A stretch of DNA of 64,000 nucleotides from Marsupella aquatica (lineage: Eukaryota > Plantae > Marchantiophyta): positions 18,604,857 to 18,668,856 of the forward strand of contig OZ316893.1 in the NCBI GenBank assembly GCA_973895155.1, written 5' to 3'. The first letter of the stretch is position 1; each line of letters begins with the position of its first letter. Below are positions 13,201 to 27,587 of the stretch, one piece after another. A program made the translations under genes and the position numbers. The notes beneath the pieces were generated by a model. That model was not told where the DNA came from, searched no databases, and was given only the letters and a program-made list of their open reading frames with translations.

Positions 13201-14658
13201 ATTCAAATTAAACAGAGACCAGTTTGACAGAAACCCTAGAAATGCGGGTTTCATTCATACCGTAATGCTAGGTGGGTACCAACCGCCAGGAGTTTCGTTT
13301 ACAATCAATCTTGTGGCTCTTCTACTATACCGGATATAAACTTGCAGAGAGTACCGGTAAATCTGGCTGCTTTCAAAGAACGTCGTCGCCCTACTAGAAA
13401 GAGAGCCTCAAAGGAAGATCGCATGCGACGTGGCAAAACAGGTAGTACCCTCACACATGTGCCTATACAAATAAGCTCTTGCTGCTCGTTACTTATGATT
13501 TGTATGTGGCATTGATTGCCACAGCTCCCTTGACTCTTTGGGTCGTTTTGGAGTTTCGATTTTCATTTCATTTGATTTTTGACTTATTGTCAGCATGACA
13601 TCCTGTAGAGTCACTACTTCAACTGCCAAACCTATTTACCCATCGCCATTATAAATTTTCAGAGATTCATGTGTTGAATAAAATAAGTCGTCCCTAATCC
13701 CTTCATCTTAGAGAAGCATCTTCACAGATACCCGGCTCGATCATCAATAGAGGGGGTAACATGGGCCTTCTCCTTGAACCATGACATCCTGTAGGTCACT
13801 ACTTCAACTGCCTACAACCCATGGCTATTCTAGATTTCAGAAAATAACTCGAGTCTAACCCTTCTTACGTGGTCAACTAATTGCACTGGAAGTGAATTGC
13901 TTTTAATCCCCCACAAACCTAGCCCCATGGAGTGGACTTCGTCTGCACTGCTTGCATCTCTCATTCGGGTGGTCCACCTTGACTATCATCGACTTTGGGA
14001 TACAAAGCTGTAAGCATTCGGACAATCTTCTCAGGCAAATACGGCGCGTAAGCGCCTATTCTTCCCCTTAAGAGACTGGGTTAAGCAGGGATATCACAAA
14101 ATCAAGCTTCAAACTCATCGAATACGAAAGTGGAGAACGAACAACTACAACTTCCAGAACATCACTGAATAATGCTTCACTTTTTAATATGGTTTATTTG
14201 CCATCCCCTCCGATCCTGACTTAAACTTCTGCTTTCGCAAACCATATCCTCCATCGACCATTTCTCAACCGGAAATGGAACTCTGGATTCTAACCCTCGG
14301 GCAAATAAGAATTCATTGTGCCCCCGGCCAACGAAAGCAGGGGACAGAAACAACGTTTCGATCGCCAGAAGGAAGGCGATGGAGTGAATAAGCAGGACCC
14401 TAGACTCAGGGTCATAGGATTGGCCAACCAACCAGAAAAATCAAAATCAAAATAACAAACGCGGGGTTTGCGTACGATGTATCTCTTGTAGTATTTGAGC
14501 TGGAAATGCTTCTTCACTTCTGGTTGAGAAGTCAGGTGGTCGGGTATCAAGACATTCGACCAGTAGTCGATCCATTTCGCATCGTGGTCGTAATCGTATG
14601 CCGACGCTGCCGCCATCTTCTGTTGCAGGCTCTCGAGCTGTTCGCCTCCTTCCGCCAT
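10276..14658 (-). CDS. TMEM33: TMEM33/Pom33 (UPF0121) family ER/nuclear-envelope membrane protein, 9 coding exons, 353 aa
   Basis: Exons assembled by hand with GT-AG boundaries and consistent phases: 14476-14658, 12894-12996, 12578-12708, 12267-12392, 11646-11766, 11238-11322, 10876-10989, 10573-10612, 10276-10434 (1062 nt). The protein MAEGGEQ..AYDYDHDAKWIDYWSNVLIP..QFLANAWV..AYRFAL..SWNLNGLQ..CRSLEQVA..KPCLFVESN..QRNMVQALVYWQLLKLKY..APFLQTP..WFLRAG* follows plant TMEM33 homologues (recalled, e.g. Arabidopsis At3g02420) along its whole length. Confidence 0.92.
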
Positions 14659-15399
14659 CTCCTTGTCAGTCAATTTGTACACTTCCCGGGTTTCTTCGTC
14701 GGCTGGTGTTTGCGAAAGCCCGAAACTATCTTACACGAGAGAAACGCAACAAAGTAGAAACGGCCATCTAAATTTTTTCTTAGACCATCTCTCGACCACA
14801 CTAGACCCAAACACATGCCCGGATGGACACAAAGGATTTGACAAGGTGCTCGAATAGACTCAAACAGCCCTGCTAGAGACAGACCAAACATTAGTTTACA
14901 CTCCCCATAATGCTATTTATAAGTTTTTGAAACTACTTTGCTCTGGCTCTGGTATCATCATAATGTGAGCAAAACAGGAAAAAATTCTTTTGCACGATGA
15001 GACTTATTTCTAATACAGACTGAGGAAAAAATCCTAAATATCAACCACTTGGCTAGCCAAATTTTGGTTTCAAATGTCTTAAATTGTCCTTTTTTCATAA
15101 ATCATGATTTTGGAATCCTCTTGTGGCTAGCATGTAGAGTGAGTAGTACATATGAAAACCAACACCATACCAGATGTGTTGGGAGCATCTAAACGAGTCA
15201 TAGATAATACTCAAATGTGTGGAGGAAAGCGTTGCCATAGCCAAGTGCTTGCAAAGCTAAAGCTAAGGCTCAAGAATTGAAATGAAATGTGCAATGAGCA
15301 ATCTAAGTATAATGGGTCTCGAGTGCTCCTAACAAAGATTAGTTGCTTCAAGAACAACCAGGGTTTGCTACAAGAACATAGCCCCAAGTGCTACTAAGA

Positions 15400-16490
15400 G
15401 GATAATGTTTTCTTCAAGAACACCAAGCACATCTGCTAGAGCTTGCATATATGGCCTCTAAATGATGAGCCTAAACTACCATAACATTCCTAGCAGAGGT
15501 GCAGAGGGCATGGTGGTGGGTGATGATAACCATGCACTCCCGCACAACATTTTGCCGTGTGCCAATGCCCAAACACTTGGTCTTCTTAAGGTTGACTGTT
15601 GCACCTGTTCATTGGCAAAACTCTTCAAAATCATTAAGATGTCTTTGCAAGGCTTCTTGATCATGAGCAAGTAAGACCACAACATCCTCAAATATGAGAA
15701 ACTGGAGGAGGAACCTACCCAGTTGAGTACCAACTCCACCATGCTCCAAAATATTGTGTAGGTTATCAATGAAGAAGATGCCAGAGAGAGTTGGTGAGAG
15801 AGGACAACCTTTGATCACCCCAAGAGTGCACCAGATTTCTTCAGACGTGTCTTTTGACAGTTCGAATGCATACTTCTTGGTACAGTTTAGAAATGTCATC
15901 CTGATCTCTTCAGGCACTTAGAATTTCACCATCCTATCCCAAAGCTTGGATCTGAATACTCTGTCAAATGCTTAGGAGAAATCCACAAAAAGGCAAAAGA
16001 ATGGCTTTTGTGGACATGTAACCTTTTCACACAACACCCTCAAGCAAAGAAAGCAAAGAAATGAATGCGATCCATAGACAGTGCTGAATTCCCTTCTGAA
16101 ACCTGTTTGTAAAGGTGCCCCTTTCATCTCCAACTTCAACCAGGAGGTTAATCTTGCTTCTAGTAATCCACCAAGAACTCTAGCAAAAATATTGTCTACC
16201 GTGATGGTCATATATGTAGTTGTGCACATCTTCCCTATTACCCTCCTTGTAGATAGGAAACTGGTCATCCAAGCTTTAGGTTAGCCTAAAGCCATTGTTT
16301 GATTCAACTCATGCGCTAATTAAGCTAAAGAGGGTCCTCCCCATTAAAGAAGCTATAAGTCGAGGCCTAGCAAATCTTTAGCTTTTCCTTGTTGCATTTG
16401 AGATAAATGTGCCTTCACTACCTTTTCTGTAAACTCAATGGTGTCCCCGTGAGGCATAGACATGCAAGTTGCATCAGGAAAGAAGTACAA
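15400..16490 (-). mobile_element. RTE-like non-LTR retrotransposon RT fragment, decayed
   Basis: QTGFRREFST, FCLFVDFS*AFDRV, GVIKGCPLSPTL and FEDVVVLLA..ALQRHLN (degenerate YADD) across broken ORFs. Confidence 0.8.
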
Positions 16491-16492
16491 GG

Positions 16493-18372
16493 TGTGATGC
16501 CCCCAACACGGCGAGTAATCAGTAATACGGTCTAATCCATATAAGTTACACCATACGTAAGGGTAGAAGTACGTAGTTATTAGCATAACAACAATAGATT
16601 AGTTAGTAATGATGATTAGACTAGGCTTAGGTGAAGTTAAAGGTTCACGCTTGGGCTGGCGGTGTGGCACCTGACGTACCGCATGATTAGGGGTACATTA
16701 TGGCTCTCAGTCTTGGGTTCATACATATAACTGACCCAGAATCAAATCTTCAGCACGCTTGGACTTGGACCAAAGGAGTGGGCAACAAGCTGTGACCATG
16801 AACGGTCAAGCCAATCATTGTACTTGGGCTGGACGTTTGGGACGCGGTCAGGAGTATAAAAGGGAAATCTCCCTTCAATTCACTATTTCCTTTTGCGTGC
16901 AAGCTTTGAGCTCATTGCTCTTGACTTAGCCAGCTCTTTACTCTATTGATTTGCATACGCACCACACTCCATAGTTCAGCCCACCCTAAGTGACAAGCCA
17001 TATGTTTGTCACGATTATGTCTAGTTTTGCTGCCCATTTCTGGAACAATGTCCTCTAAATAGGTAGCCATCTTGTGGCTTCAATTGCTGCACACAACCCG
17101 CGCAGGTGGGAAGCCGAGAAGCAGTACAAATGGCTTATCCGTTTACATTGCCGCCATCATTGGAACAACAATCTCGGCCTCCCTTTTGAACGGAAATACA
17201 AACTGGCCACAAAGCTCACTGAATTCTTCTTTGATGGAGCTAAGTAGATCGGGTTCAAAGAAGTCTTCTCCCTGGGACCATAGACCTGCAGCAACACCAT
17301 TTTGGCAAGTTACCCACAAATGTGCAGTCGTTTATCAACTGTCGGTTTGACTCTGAACCCTTGGATCGCCAAGGGATACCTCCGCGTGCTCCACCATCGT
17401 TAGACTTGGCAGTAGGGACCTCAACTCCATGCCCCCCCCTTCATGGGCCCCGGTGTCAAACCTCCCCAATGGCAGTCAGCATCAGACGCCACCCCGGTAC
17501 CCTCCCTACCACCAGTCGCACCCATTTGGGTGCAATCAGTGGTGAATGTGATGAACCTGAGTTTGGACAAGGAGTCTCTCTCCCTCTTCCACCAACCTCC
17601 GGCTACAGGGCAAACACTTGCAAGCTCAACCTTGCAGCCCTTACAAGCACAAACCTGGGTAGCAACCCTGGTAGATAATGCGGTAACAGTTGTCGCCCCT
17701 CCGCCAATACCAATGGCGGTAGCTATAAAGCAATGGACAAACAGGGAGGACGGGGAGTTGTTGCCCTTGGCTGATCACCCCAGGAGCCACTCCAGGGGTA
17801 GGAAGAGGAAAGAGCCAGGCTCTACAGCTAACTTACCCATGGCCATGGTCGTAGCGGCCAAACTCATTATGCATTGGATGGGGAAGAACGTCCATCAAAA
17901 CATCCTCCATCCAAAGCACGCGACCTATATCCTGCCCAAGGGTTTGAGCACCTCACAACCCTTCCCTGGAACACTTGCCAAGGCACTTACCGCTACTACA
18001 GGCAAGATATGACGGAATTTGTGAACAACTACAACGTGGCCCATCAAAAAACTTGAGCACAAGGGCAGGTGATGTCCTTGTCCAAAGTACAGCTCAAGCT
18101 CATTTTGGCTTTCTCAAAGGCATGGACAGGGTAGAAGTCCGAGCACCAGGGGGGAAGGGGGCCAAGTACCACTCATCCAATTTTATGCCCGACGGGTCCG
18201 TGGACAATGGCTTTCTCCTAAGGACGTGTATCAGACTGGAGGTAGTAGAGTGGCTCAAATTCCAACGGTATGTGCTCCACATGATGGAGCCTCAAGGAGA
18301 GATATCCACGGCCCAGGTTATTCAGGTGGAATAACACCGGTGTCTGGGGACCGTTTAAGAGGGGTGTGAAAC
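16493..18372 (+). mobile_element. Probable degenerate, non-autonomous Gypsy-like LTR element
   Basis: Starts TGTGA where the RTE fragment breaks, has a TATA-like tataaaaggg near 16856 and a GC-rich broken ORF region, and ends with a Gypsy-type ggggaccgtttaagagggg PPT followed by TGTGA. No catalytic domain recognised. Confidence 0.4.
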
Positions 18373-18502
18373 ATAGGTTTCAGAAAGAATTCTAGGGACT
18401 CCTTAACTCTTCTCAATTCAATTACTTATTATGTCACTTGTAGTTTCCAACATTCTTTCATGCAATACATTTCACTATGCCTTTTCTAAATATGGTTCCT
18501 AT

Positions 18503-21500
18503 TGTTGAGCATTGACGACATTCACAATGGCATGCCCATAACCATCCAACAATCAGGTAGTCAACATAGAGAGATACATGGTTCACCTCCTCATGAGGCT
18601 ACGTCCATGGGAATACACAAGAGCTTTATTGCAATCTAAGCCAACCGGCCATACCAAGCATCCACATCACAAGCTCTCCATATCTCTCAACTGGCTCCAT
18701 AACAATGAACCTGAGTTCCCACTCTCCAAGCAAACACCGCTATAGTGTGTGTGTGCAACATGACTAACTTAAGGTTAGCCCTAACTACAATACAGTCGTA
18801 ACTCTAGAAAATGATTGCATTGGAAGAAGAAAGATTTACCAAATAAGTTACAATATTGATAATTTTTGTCCAAAATTCCCGTGGTAAACCTACTTGGCTC
18901 AACATATTCCGTGACCGTTCCAATAGTGTCTGATTGAGCCTCTCAACAACATCATTTTGCTGCAGAGTATAAATTATGGTGAGATGGTGAGTTATCCCTT
19001 GTTCTAAACAATGCTCTTCAAATTCCACTGAAGTGTACTCCCCGCCATTGTTTGACCTTAGACTCTTCACCCTTGTATCCAAACACTTAACCATGTTTCT
19101 AGTCTGATTCTCCATTTGGGCCTTCCACTTCATAACAATGGACAAGACATCAGATCTATGAGTCATGAAATAAATCCATGTAAATCTTGAATCATCATCA
19201 ATAAAAAATACATAGTACAACTTTCCAAAGTGTGAAGGAGTCGGGATGGCCCCACACATCACTATATATGTACTTAATAACCGCTTTGGAACAATGAGTC
19301 CAACACCAAAAGCATGACAATGCTACTTTCCAAGAAGTCAATGCTCACAAAAATTTAATTTACAAGACTGCAAATCATAAATAAACCATTGATTCTCACT
19401 CATGTGGCCTAGCCGTGAATGCCATAGTTGAGTCATCCTCCCCGTGAGACTTGGTTATATTGGTCACTCCACGTACAGTATTGTCTTGCAACACATACAA
19501 TTTTTTGTGTCTACTCCTTTTCAAAATCATTGTCTCTCCTGACATGACTTGAAGTTCACCATCAATAACGCTTTATTGATGACCATTTGTATCTAACACA
19601 CCGAGTGAATCAAATTCTTACGCATGTCAGATACATACCTGACTTTGGACACTGTGAACACCACACCATCAAACATATAAATCTTCACAAACCCAATATC
19701 CTCAATTTGAGAGTAGTGATCATTTCTCATCAAAATTGAACCGTTTGAAACAGAGTAAGAACTAAAAAATTCACAAATATAGCAAATATGAATAGGGCAA
19801 GCACAATCAAGAATCCACACATCATTTGCTCTTCTAGATGAGGTGCACAAGGCATACCCTTGACTTCACAAAACATACTCATTGAGTAAATCAGCTTCTC
19901 CATCAACCCTAACCACATTGACCAATAAGACTCAGCTACCTTGCCCTTACAGTCTCACTTGAAGTGTCCAACCTTGTTACACTTCAAACATGTCACTTGC
20001 CTTATCTCTGGGGATTTTCCCCTTGACTTAGATCTAGATTTAGATCTAAACTAGGTTCTACACTGTCCAGTTGGTCGCTGCATACTCCTCCCATGATTGA
20101 GGGCACAACTAGTTGACAATGAAGGCTATGATGATAGTTGCATCTTCTATTGAAGATCATCAGTAAGTAGAGAACTGACCACATCATTGTATGAGATAGT
20201 CTCCCTATCATGATGTAACAACACTTGTGATAAGGATTGGTAAGATGAAGGCAAAAAGTTGAGAAGGTGCAGTGCTTTCTTCTCATCACTCAAGTCCTCC
20301 CCAAGGTTTTTCAAATCAATGATCAAGTCGTTGAATCGAGCGTTGAATACATCCACATCATCTTGCAGCTTTGTACCGCTTTCCTTCAACCTGAAACTAG
20401 GATGTGTAGAGCCTGAACGATAGCTCCAGGTGGTGATACTTATTTTGCAAAGCCTCAAATAGTGACATGCAATCTTTATGCATACCCAACTGCTTGATGA
20501 TTGGAGGCTAGAGGTAAAGTGTAGCACAACACACTCCCTACTCTTGCATTGCCTCCCAATCACTCTCCTGAATATCTTCAGTACAAGGCTTCAATAGCTT
20601 GCCCATCCCCAATGCATAGAGCACTCCCTTCACCTGCTTCTCCCAAAGAAGGTAGTCAGAATGCCCATCAAACTTTGTCACTTGATACTTGGGTCCCCCA
20701 AGTTTGAATGTCCTCGTCTTCTTCTTTGCAACTATTGTTAGCTCTGGTAGTAAGACTGGCTTCCTCCACCACACGTAGCATTGGTGTCACGTGCTTTTCC
20801 TCCTGCTCCACCATCTCCACATCAAACCGTTGTGGTAATCCTCATGCTTCAAGTTTCACATCTTTGAATTGCTGCTCCAAATCACTCATATGAGTAAATC
20901 ACAAAAAAATGTCATTTTTGCAACTACTTCAAAAACTCAAAACTAATCACCACCATGTAGCCCACAAAGCTAGCTACCAATACTGAAAATCAAAATTGAA
21001 ACCAAGATCCGACAAAAAACTTTTTCATATTTTGGTCAATGTGAGTAAAACCACGGAAAACTCCCCCATTTTGACCACCTCAAGGAATAACCAAAATGAA
21101 AAGTATCACCCATTGTTAGAAACAAAAATTGATTGGTGCACCGCGTTGCTAACTTCAATGGCTACGACCTTGCCAAAAAGGAACCAAAAAAGTTATCATT
21201 TGGCGCTTGGAATCTTTGTTGGACGGCCAAAAAGTAACTCTTTGTTTTGGGGAGAAATATTCCTGCACAGTTTGACAAATCTCACAGGGTGTCATTCCCC
21301 CTATACAAGCGGTTAAATATATATGGTTCACCTCCGCATGAGACTACGTCCATGGGAACACACAAGAGCTTTACTGCACTCTAGGCCGACCGGCTATACT
21401 AAGCATCCACAACATAAGCTCTCTCTATCTCTCAACTGGCTCCGTAACAATGCCTGATTTTGCACTTTCCAAGCAAACACCGCTTGGGTATAGTGTGTGT

Positions 21501-21591
21501 GCAACATGACTAACCTAACCTAGTCTGTGACTAAGGTAAACCCTAACTACGGTATAGTCATAACTCTAGACCTAAGAGTTAATCCTAAACA
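18503..21591 (-). mobile_element. Internally deleted Ty1/Copia element (gag-PR-GAG_pre-INT; RT/RH lost)
   Basis: TSD CCTAT (18498-18502 and 21592-21596) and partial LTRs at 18503-~18808 and ~21320-21591. Motifs: gag KFDGHSDYLLW and LLNFLPSSY, protease WILDCA, integrase FIDDDSRFTW..LRSNNGGEY..ERLNQTL. The integrase abuts the truncated 3' LTR directly. Confidence 0.9.
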
Positions 21592-22473
21592 CCTATTATT
21601 GGGTTCCATTTGTAAAAAATAACCAATACTTTCATCTCATTATTATTAAGTGAGTCTCTGAAGGTTATACTTATGTAAGAGCAAGACAACCTCAAACCAA
21701 GCTGGAAACTCTTAATTATCTTCATGCTTTCTTTAAAGTTTCAACATCACACAAGCTCCATTTAATTTGACTTTTCATTTTGTATTATTAACATTTGTTT
21801 GCTTTCAGTTCCATGGATCTCTCATCATTCAGACGTGAATTTATTTCAAAAGGCTAAGCATTCCTAATTCACAACAAAATCAACTTATTACGTCCAAACT
21901 TTCAAATACTCTTTTGTGTATATATAACCTCTTTGGGTTTTCGTGTTTACAACATTTTTGGAGTCAACTTAGGCAACTTTTCTATCGTCCTTTCTTCAGC
22001 TAGGGTCTTGGACTCAGCTCAGGTTAGATCTTGATGTCGGGCTTTAGTCGTCTATTGTTTTCCCTTGACAATCGCGACATAATTTTAGTTGTCGCCTTGC
22101 CTCTTTCTTCTCAGCATCCTCTTTCTCCTCCTTAAATGCACCCCATGTTTTCTTTCCTCTTGTCCCTTCACTTTCCTTGGAATGAATTTTTTATAAAATG
22201 TTTTTTCCGGCCGCGAAAAAACCCACGTCCATGGCGAACAGACAGCCAAACAGGCACACATAACCAGACCCCTAATAAGCAGAGATCAGCCCCCAGCCAG
22301 CAACAAGCACGGCCAGGTAGGCCGCAAAAGGGCAAATCATAAGGCCCCCCAAAAAGCCTTAACAAGCACAGAGTCACGCAAGGAAGCCAATGAGTGAAAA
22401 GTGGCAAGAGACAATAAACAGGCACCAGAGGTAGCCCCCTTGACAAACACTTCAAGCGCCAGAGGTGATCCTA

Positions 22474-24590
22474 GTCACGATGTTGGACATATGGCAAGGT
22501 TGTCAAAGGCCATGGGCATGACTCTTGCAAAAACTCGTGCCCTCGTTGAACACACCTTGACCCAAACATTAGGATCATCCAAATCCACAATAGTTGCCAC
22601 ATCACAACGAATAATAGTTAGCAAATCTGGCTCTCTACCATAGAGCAAGAAATAAGGTGAGAAGGATGCAAGTGATGCTTGTTGACTGAAACAATAGCCC
22701 ATAGCTAACCAAGGTAGCTGAAGATCCCAATCTCCCAAATGATCAACCTGCAAGCCATACTTCCGCAATCCTCTCTTCATAGTTTGTACAACTCTCTCTG
22801 CCAATCCATCTACCTCAGGATGATCACGAGACGTAGTACGATGATCAATAAGAGTTTGCTCACACAAACCTTTTAAATTCTCCATGGAATTTTGTGCCCT
22901 GATCAGTCAACACCTCAGCTGGTGCTCCAAAATGACTGAGTACTCGATCCAAAATTGTGATAGTCACTCCTCCACTAGCTTTATCTGGCAATGCCACTAG
23001 TTCAATCCACTTGGAGAAGTGCTCCACCATAACTCCATCGATACCCCAAACCCATGATCGGTAACAAATGCAATTGGGGAGTGGGAGCATTAAATGATAC
23101 TCTCACTCGATCACATACCACACACTTAACTATAAATTGTTGGACATTGGTGCACATACCACGCCACCAATATTGTGTTTGCAACAAGCTATACGTGCAC
23201 TCCACACCAAAGTGACTCAACTCTTGGTGCGCATGTCCCACCAAACGTACTCATTGTGACGGTTTTGGTACAACCAATACTTTGTCATCACGTAGTATCC
23301 TCAAAAGATGGTTTCCTTTCCATTGAAACCTCTTGGCTTGTTGTAGAACCCTATCTTGCTCCTTAGCATCACAATTGCCAACAATGGAGCCACCATGCAA
23401 ATATTCCAACACTCTCTTGTCGTTATGAATATTTTGCTGTCCAAAAATTATCTCATCAACATCCATATCTGAAGACTCAATGTCTACCACATCCAATGAA
23501 GTAGAGTCCACAGATCCACTATATGTTGGAACCCAACAAAGAAAGACAGATGCATGCCATCCTGGCACACTCTCCTTCTGACTCATCATGTCATCGAGCT
23601 CCAGTCTCATCCTCTTGACTGGTACATGGATTATAGCTCAATTTATCCGCATCCAAGTTCACTTTACTAGGCCTATGTACAACCTAGAAATCATACTCTT
23701 GTAACAACAATGCCCATCGTGCAAGCTTCCTTATAAGCTTGTTAGACTCCATTACCACTTGAGGGGCTGATGATCAGTGATCAAGGTGAATGGTTCACCA
23801 AACAAATAGCAACGTAAATGTGCCACAACCCACATTGCTACCAAATACTCTCCCTCATATGAGCTATACTTAGCCTCTACTAAATTGTTTGATCTACTAG
23901 CATACACCACAACAAACTCATTCCCCTCATCATCCTTCTGAGTCAACATATATTGCTCCAAGTCCTACTCCACTCCAATAAGTGTGTAGCTAAAATGGTC
24001 ATCCCAAAATGGGTCTTCTCAAAATAGGTGTTGATGCTAGTCTTTCCTTCAACTCTTGGAAAGCATGCTCTTGGTCGTCAACCCAAATCCACTCCTGATC
24101 CAACTTAGTGAGTATGGTTAAAGCTTAGCAAGGTCGCTAAATCTTTTAACATATCGTCTATAATAGCTCACCAATCCCAAGAATGCACAAACTCTACTCA
24201 CATCAATAGGACAATTAATATTTGTAATGGCCTCCACCTTAGTCACTTGCACACCCAATCCTCTTGGGTAGATAGTGTGGCCCAAATACTCAATTTTGTC
24301 TTGGAAGAACGTACATTTGCCATGATGGAGTTTCAACCCATGTTCTCTCAATCTCTCCAACACAATCTACAAGTGCCTCTGATGTTCTTCCACAGTAGAA
24401 GAATAGACCAAAATATCATCAATGTAACATCTCACAAAATCCAAACCTGCAAGAATTCGATCCATGACTCTTTGGAATTCAAATGGTAAGAACAACCAGT
24501 GATACAAACGATCTTTGCCATAAGAATCAATTCCCCCAAATGTTGTCTTGGATATATCAAAATGCCTAATTGGCAACTGATGGTACCCCA
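22474..24590 (-). mobile_element. Partial second copy (RT-RH-INT) of the DNMT/PHD Gypsy family
   Basis: Near-collinear with 42370-44490: CYIDDILVYS, TQKDDEGNEFVVVYASRSNN, HQEL..HFG..YWW..CVVC, VLTDQGT, GLAERVVQT. Cut at ~24590 by an L1, so no DNMT or PHD is present here. Confidence 0.9.
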
Positions 24591-27587
24591 CCTAGATGGC
24601 TAGGAATAAGTCGGCGGATGGGGTCCTCATAGTTGAGAATCCCCTATTCCAAGATCACAGCCTGAACCTTGTGGAAATGGAACCCACCCATACACATCTA
24701 ACAGTCCAAGAGAGCCCGTAGACAGGAAGAGCTGAGAAGGAGAATGCTTCAATCAAGACTCTTTGCACAGGGTAGAGCTTTTAGGCTTGCGTCAGCTAAT
24801 GCTGACCCACTAACGGTAGCCGCTAAGAGGAGCAAAGGGAACCAACGAGAGATTACGTCTGATGCACTTGGAGGAGTGACTGAATGGGTGACACCTCCAA
24901 CTCCACAAGCACAAGTGCATACTTCAGAGGCCAATTCCCCAAAACAACTACCTTCCAATAACAATGCAAATGATCTATACTCCTTTCATGGGGACACAGA
25001 TGCTGAAATGTTAGAATATGAGGAATATATCACACATAGTCAAATCAAGTCAAGGGCTAGGAAACAAGACTTGAGGTCTCCAACAATAGAGTAGAAGGAG
25101 TGGGAGAAAGCAGAAGGTAAAAAGCAACGTGCTTTGAGTTTCTCACACAATGCAGGGAAGGAGATGGACAAACATGTGGCATAACCGAATGTGGGACTAC
25201 ATTCACCACCCCTCCCATGAACCAGAACTGGCAGCCAGGAAAACTTTCAGGAATTCAGGGGAAGTGGATGGTGATACCTATTGCCTCACCTGGACTTTAT
25301 AGTCACGATGCTCTCAGACACGCGGGAGCTAACCCCTCACCTGGACTTTATAGTCACGATGCTCTCAGACACGCATGAGCTAACCCCTCACCTGGGAGCC
25401 GTCTTTGGATATAATCAGGTAGCAAGGCCACAGGCTTTCAGCTTTACACTAATGGATAGAACATTAAAGATAGCCTTGTGGAATGTGTGTGGGCTCTGCA
25501 AGCCAAACAAGAAATACACAGTTCAAAATTGGGTGAGTTCTTTAACGGATTCACTTGGGATTTACATTACAAGAAGTCAAATCAGATCAATTTAGACTCA
25601 ACATTGCACTCCGGGCAATTCTACCATTATACTAGCATTATTCAGCAAAACCGGATGAAGTACGTGGGGGAACGGCCTTATTGGTTCACCCCTCACTAAG
25701 GATCATAACATCGGGTAAACTAGCACAGGAGAAGCAGTATGGGTAACAATTGAGCTACCCACTTATATCCTGGGTGTTGCAAGCATTTACGCTCCAAACT
25801 CTCCAAGACTAAGACCTTTACTCTAGCATTCATGAATTAAAGTAGGAGCTGCCACAAGCCAACTGGATACTGTGTGGAGATTTCAACATGATGGAATCTT
25901 GTGCTGACTCATCGGGTGGCGCTTCTCTACTTAAAGGCCAAGAAGTGGAGTTTTGGAGATTCCTACAAGTCAGACTGGATTTGATCGATGCAAAAGAGCT
26001 TAGTCAAGGCATAATAGGGTCATGGTATACTTGGAGAAGGCTTCGAAACAATGCTTTGACACAATCAAGACTCGACCGTTTCTACATTAGCAATCAGGGC
26101 TGGTGGCTGGAGGGTATGGTCAAGTTGATTACGCATGAAGGTGGTACTGCCCTATTGGACCTCGACCCTGTTATTGTAACTTTTTGTCTACAACGGGAGC
26201 AAAATGAAGATGAAAGAGGTAGAGTAAAGTTTTTTAAATCAAATCTGTCTATTTTATGATCAAGAGAGAATATTAAGTTGTTAGAGGAAGCGTGGCAGCC
26301 AGGGGGAGCTGGTGAGAGGGACCTGCACCTTCGGGTTTCCAGAGCAAGTAAAAGTATGAGGCAAAAAATATATGGAGATCCAAGCTACTCCCCGACAAGC
26401 AGTTGAAGAGATGAACTTTCTCAGGGAGGAAGTCAGGGCCCTAAAAAACACTATAGCGGAGGAATACTTTGAGGCAAATTAAAGCTCTCAATCTTTTTTG
26501 TTAGAAGACAAGCTACATGCAGCAAAATTTGAGGAAGCATGTATTGCAGGAAAATGGCGAGAGTGAAATGGCTGGGAGAGGGGGAGGAATCTACTAAGTT
26601 CTTTTTTGCAACAGTCAAGGCTAAACAAGAAAAAGAAGCCATGCGGGCCTTAGAAAAGGAGGATGGTACAATTGTGACAGGCGGGTAGGAGATATTGGAT
26701 TGGAAGAAGTAGAAAGGTTCTGCATGGAGCTCTATGCTCCCGACTCCCCTTCCCGGCAAAACAGCTAGTAAATTGAAGAGATAGAGACAAACTTTTGAAG
26801 CATACCAGGCATGCATTCACAAATGGAGAACTCACTCAAATGGAGGCTCTCCCTACTCTGAAGGAAGTAGAGGACGTAATTGGACATCTCCCTTTGGATA
26901 AGTCCCCTGGAATCGATGGATTAACAGCAGAGGTATACAGAGGTTGCTGGCATTTTACGAGGGCGGATTTCATGAGCATGATACATGATTTTTGGTTAGC
27001 AAGGAGGGTGGCGGCGAAGATCAAAGATGGTTTGATCAAATTCATTCCTAAAAAAGTGGATAAGCACTTTCTTAAGGACTGGTGACCCTTACCTATCCTG
27101 AACATGGCTTATAAGATTTTGACAAAGATTGTGGCTTTAAGAATCAAAAAACTTCTACCCCGCTTCATTATTTCTCAACAAACTGGCTTCATCCCAAATA
27201 GAAATATACTTGAAAATATTTTGCTTGCATGGCTGATACAAGAATAGGTGAACAAACGGTAGGTGGAGACTCTTTTTACTCAAACTAGATTTTGAGAAAG
27301 CTTTAATTTGATAGAGTAGACCATAAGTATCTATGGGAAACTATGCGACTCCTGGGGTTCAGTGGCTGGTTCACCAAGCTAGTGCGGGCTCTACTGTCTA
27401 ATGCTTCCTCCCAAGTCTACGTTAATGAGAGATTGAGCTGCGCTATCGAGCTTAGGCGGGGAGTTAGACAAGGATATCCTCTCTCTCTGCTTCTTTTTGT
27501 GATCTCGACCCAGCCACGCATGGATTTCTTGGATGCCAAGCTGGCAAGACATAGGCTTAGCGGTATCAAAATATCTGAGCCAGTGCC
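24591..27587 (+). mobile_element. L1-clade LINE fragment (ORF1 tail + ORF2 EN/RT), decayed
   Basis: The ORF1 tail EMLEYEEYITHSQIK parallels EMSEYEEYISKSQLK at 59033-59482. ORF2 motifs IALWNVCGL, GDFN, SRLDRFY, KSPGIDG, LDFEKA, GVRQGYPLS. Includes a 51-bp tandem duplication at 25284-25394. Confidence 0.9.

Noticed and set aside
14290-14682. 130-aa single-exon ORF
   Set aside because: TMEM33 exon 1 read through into intron 1. The real start is the ATG at 14658 and the donor is at 14475.
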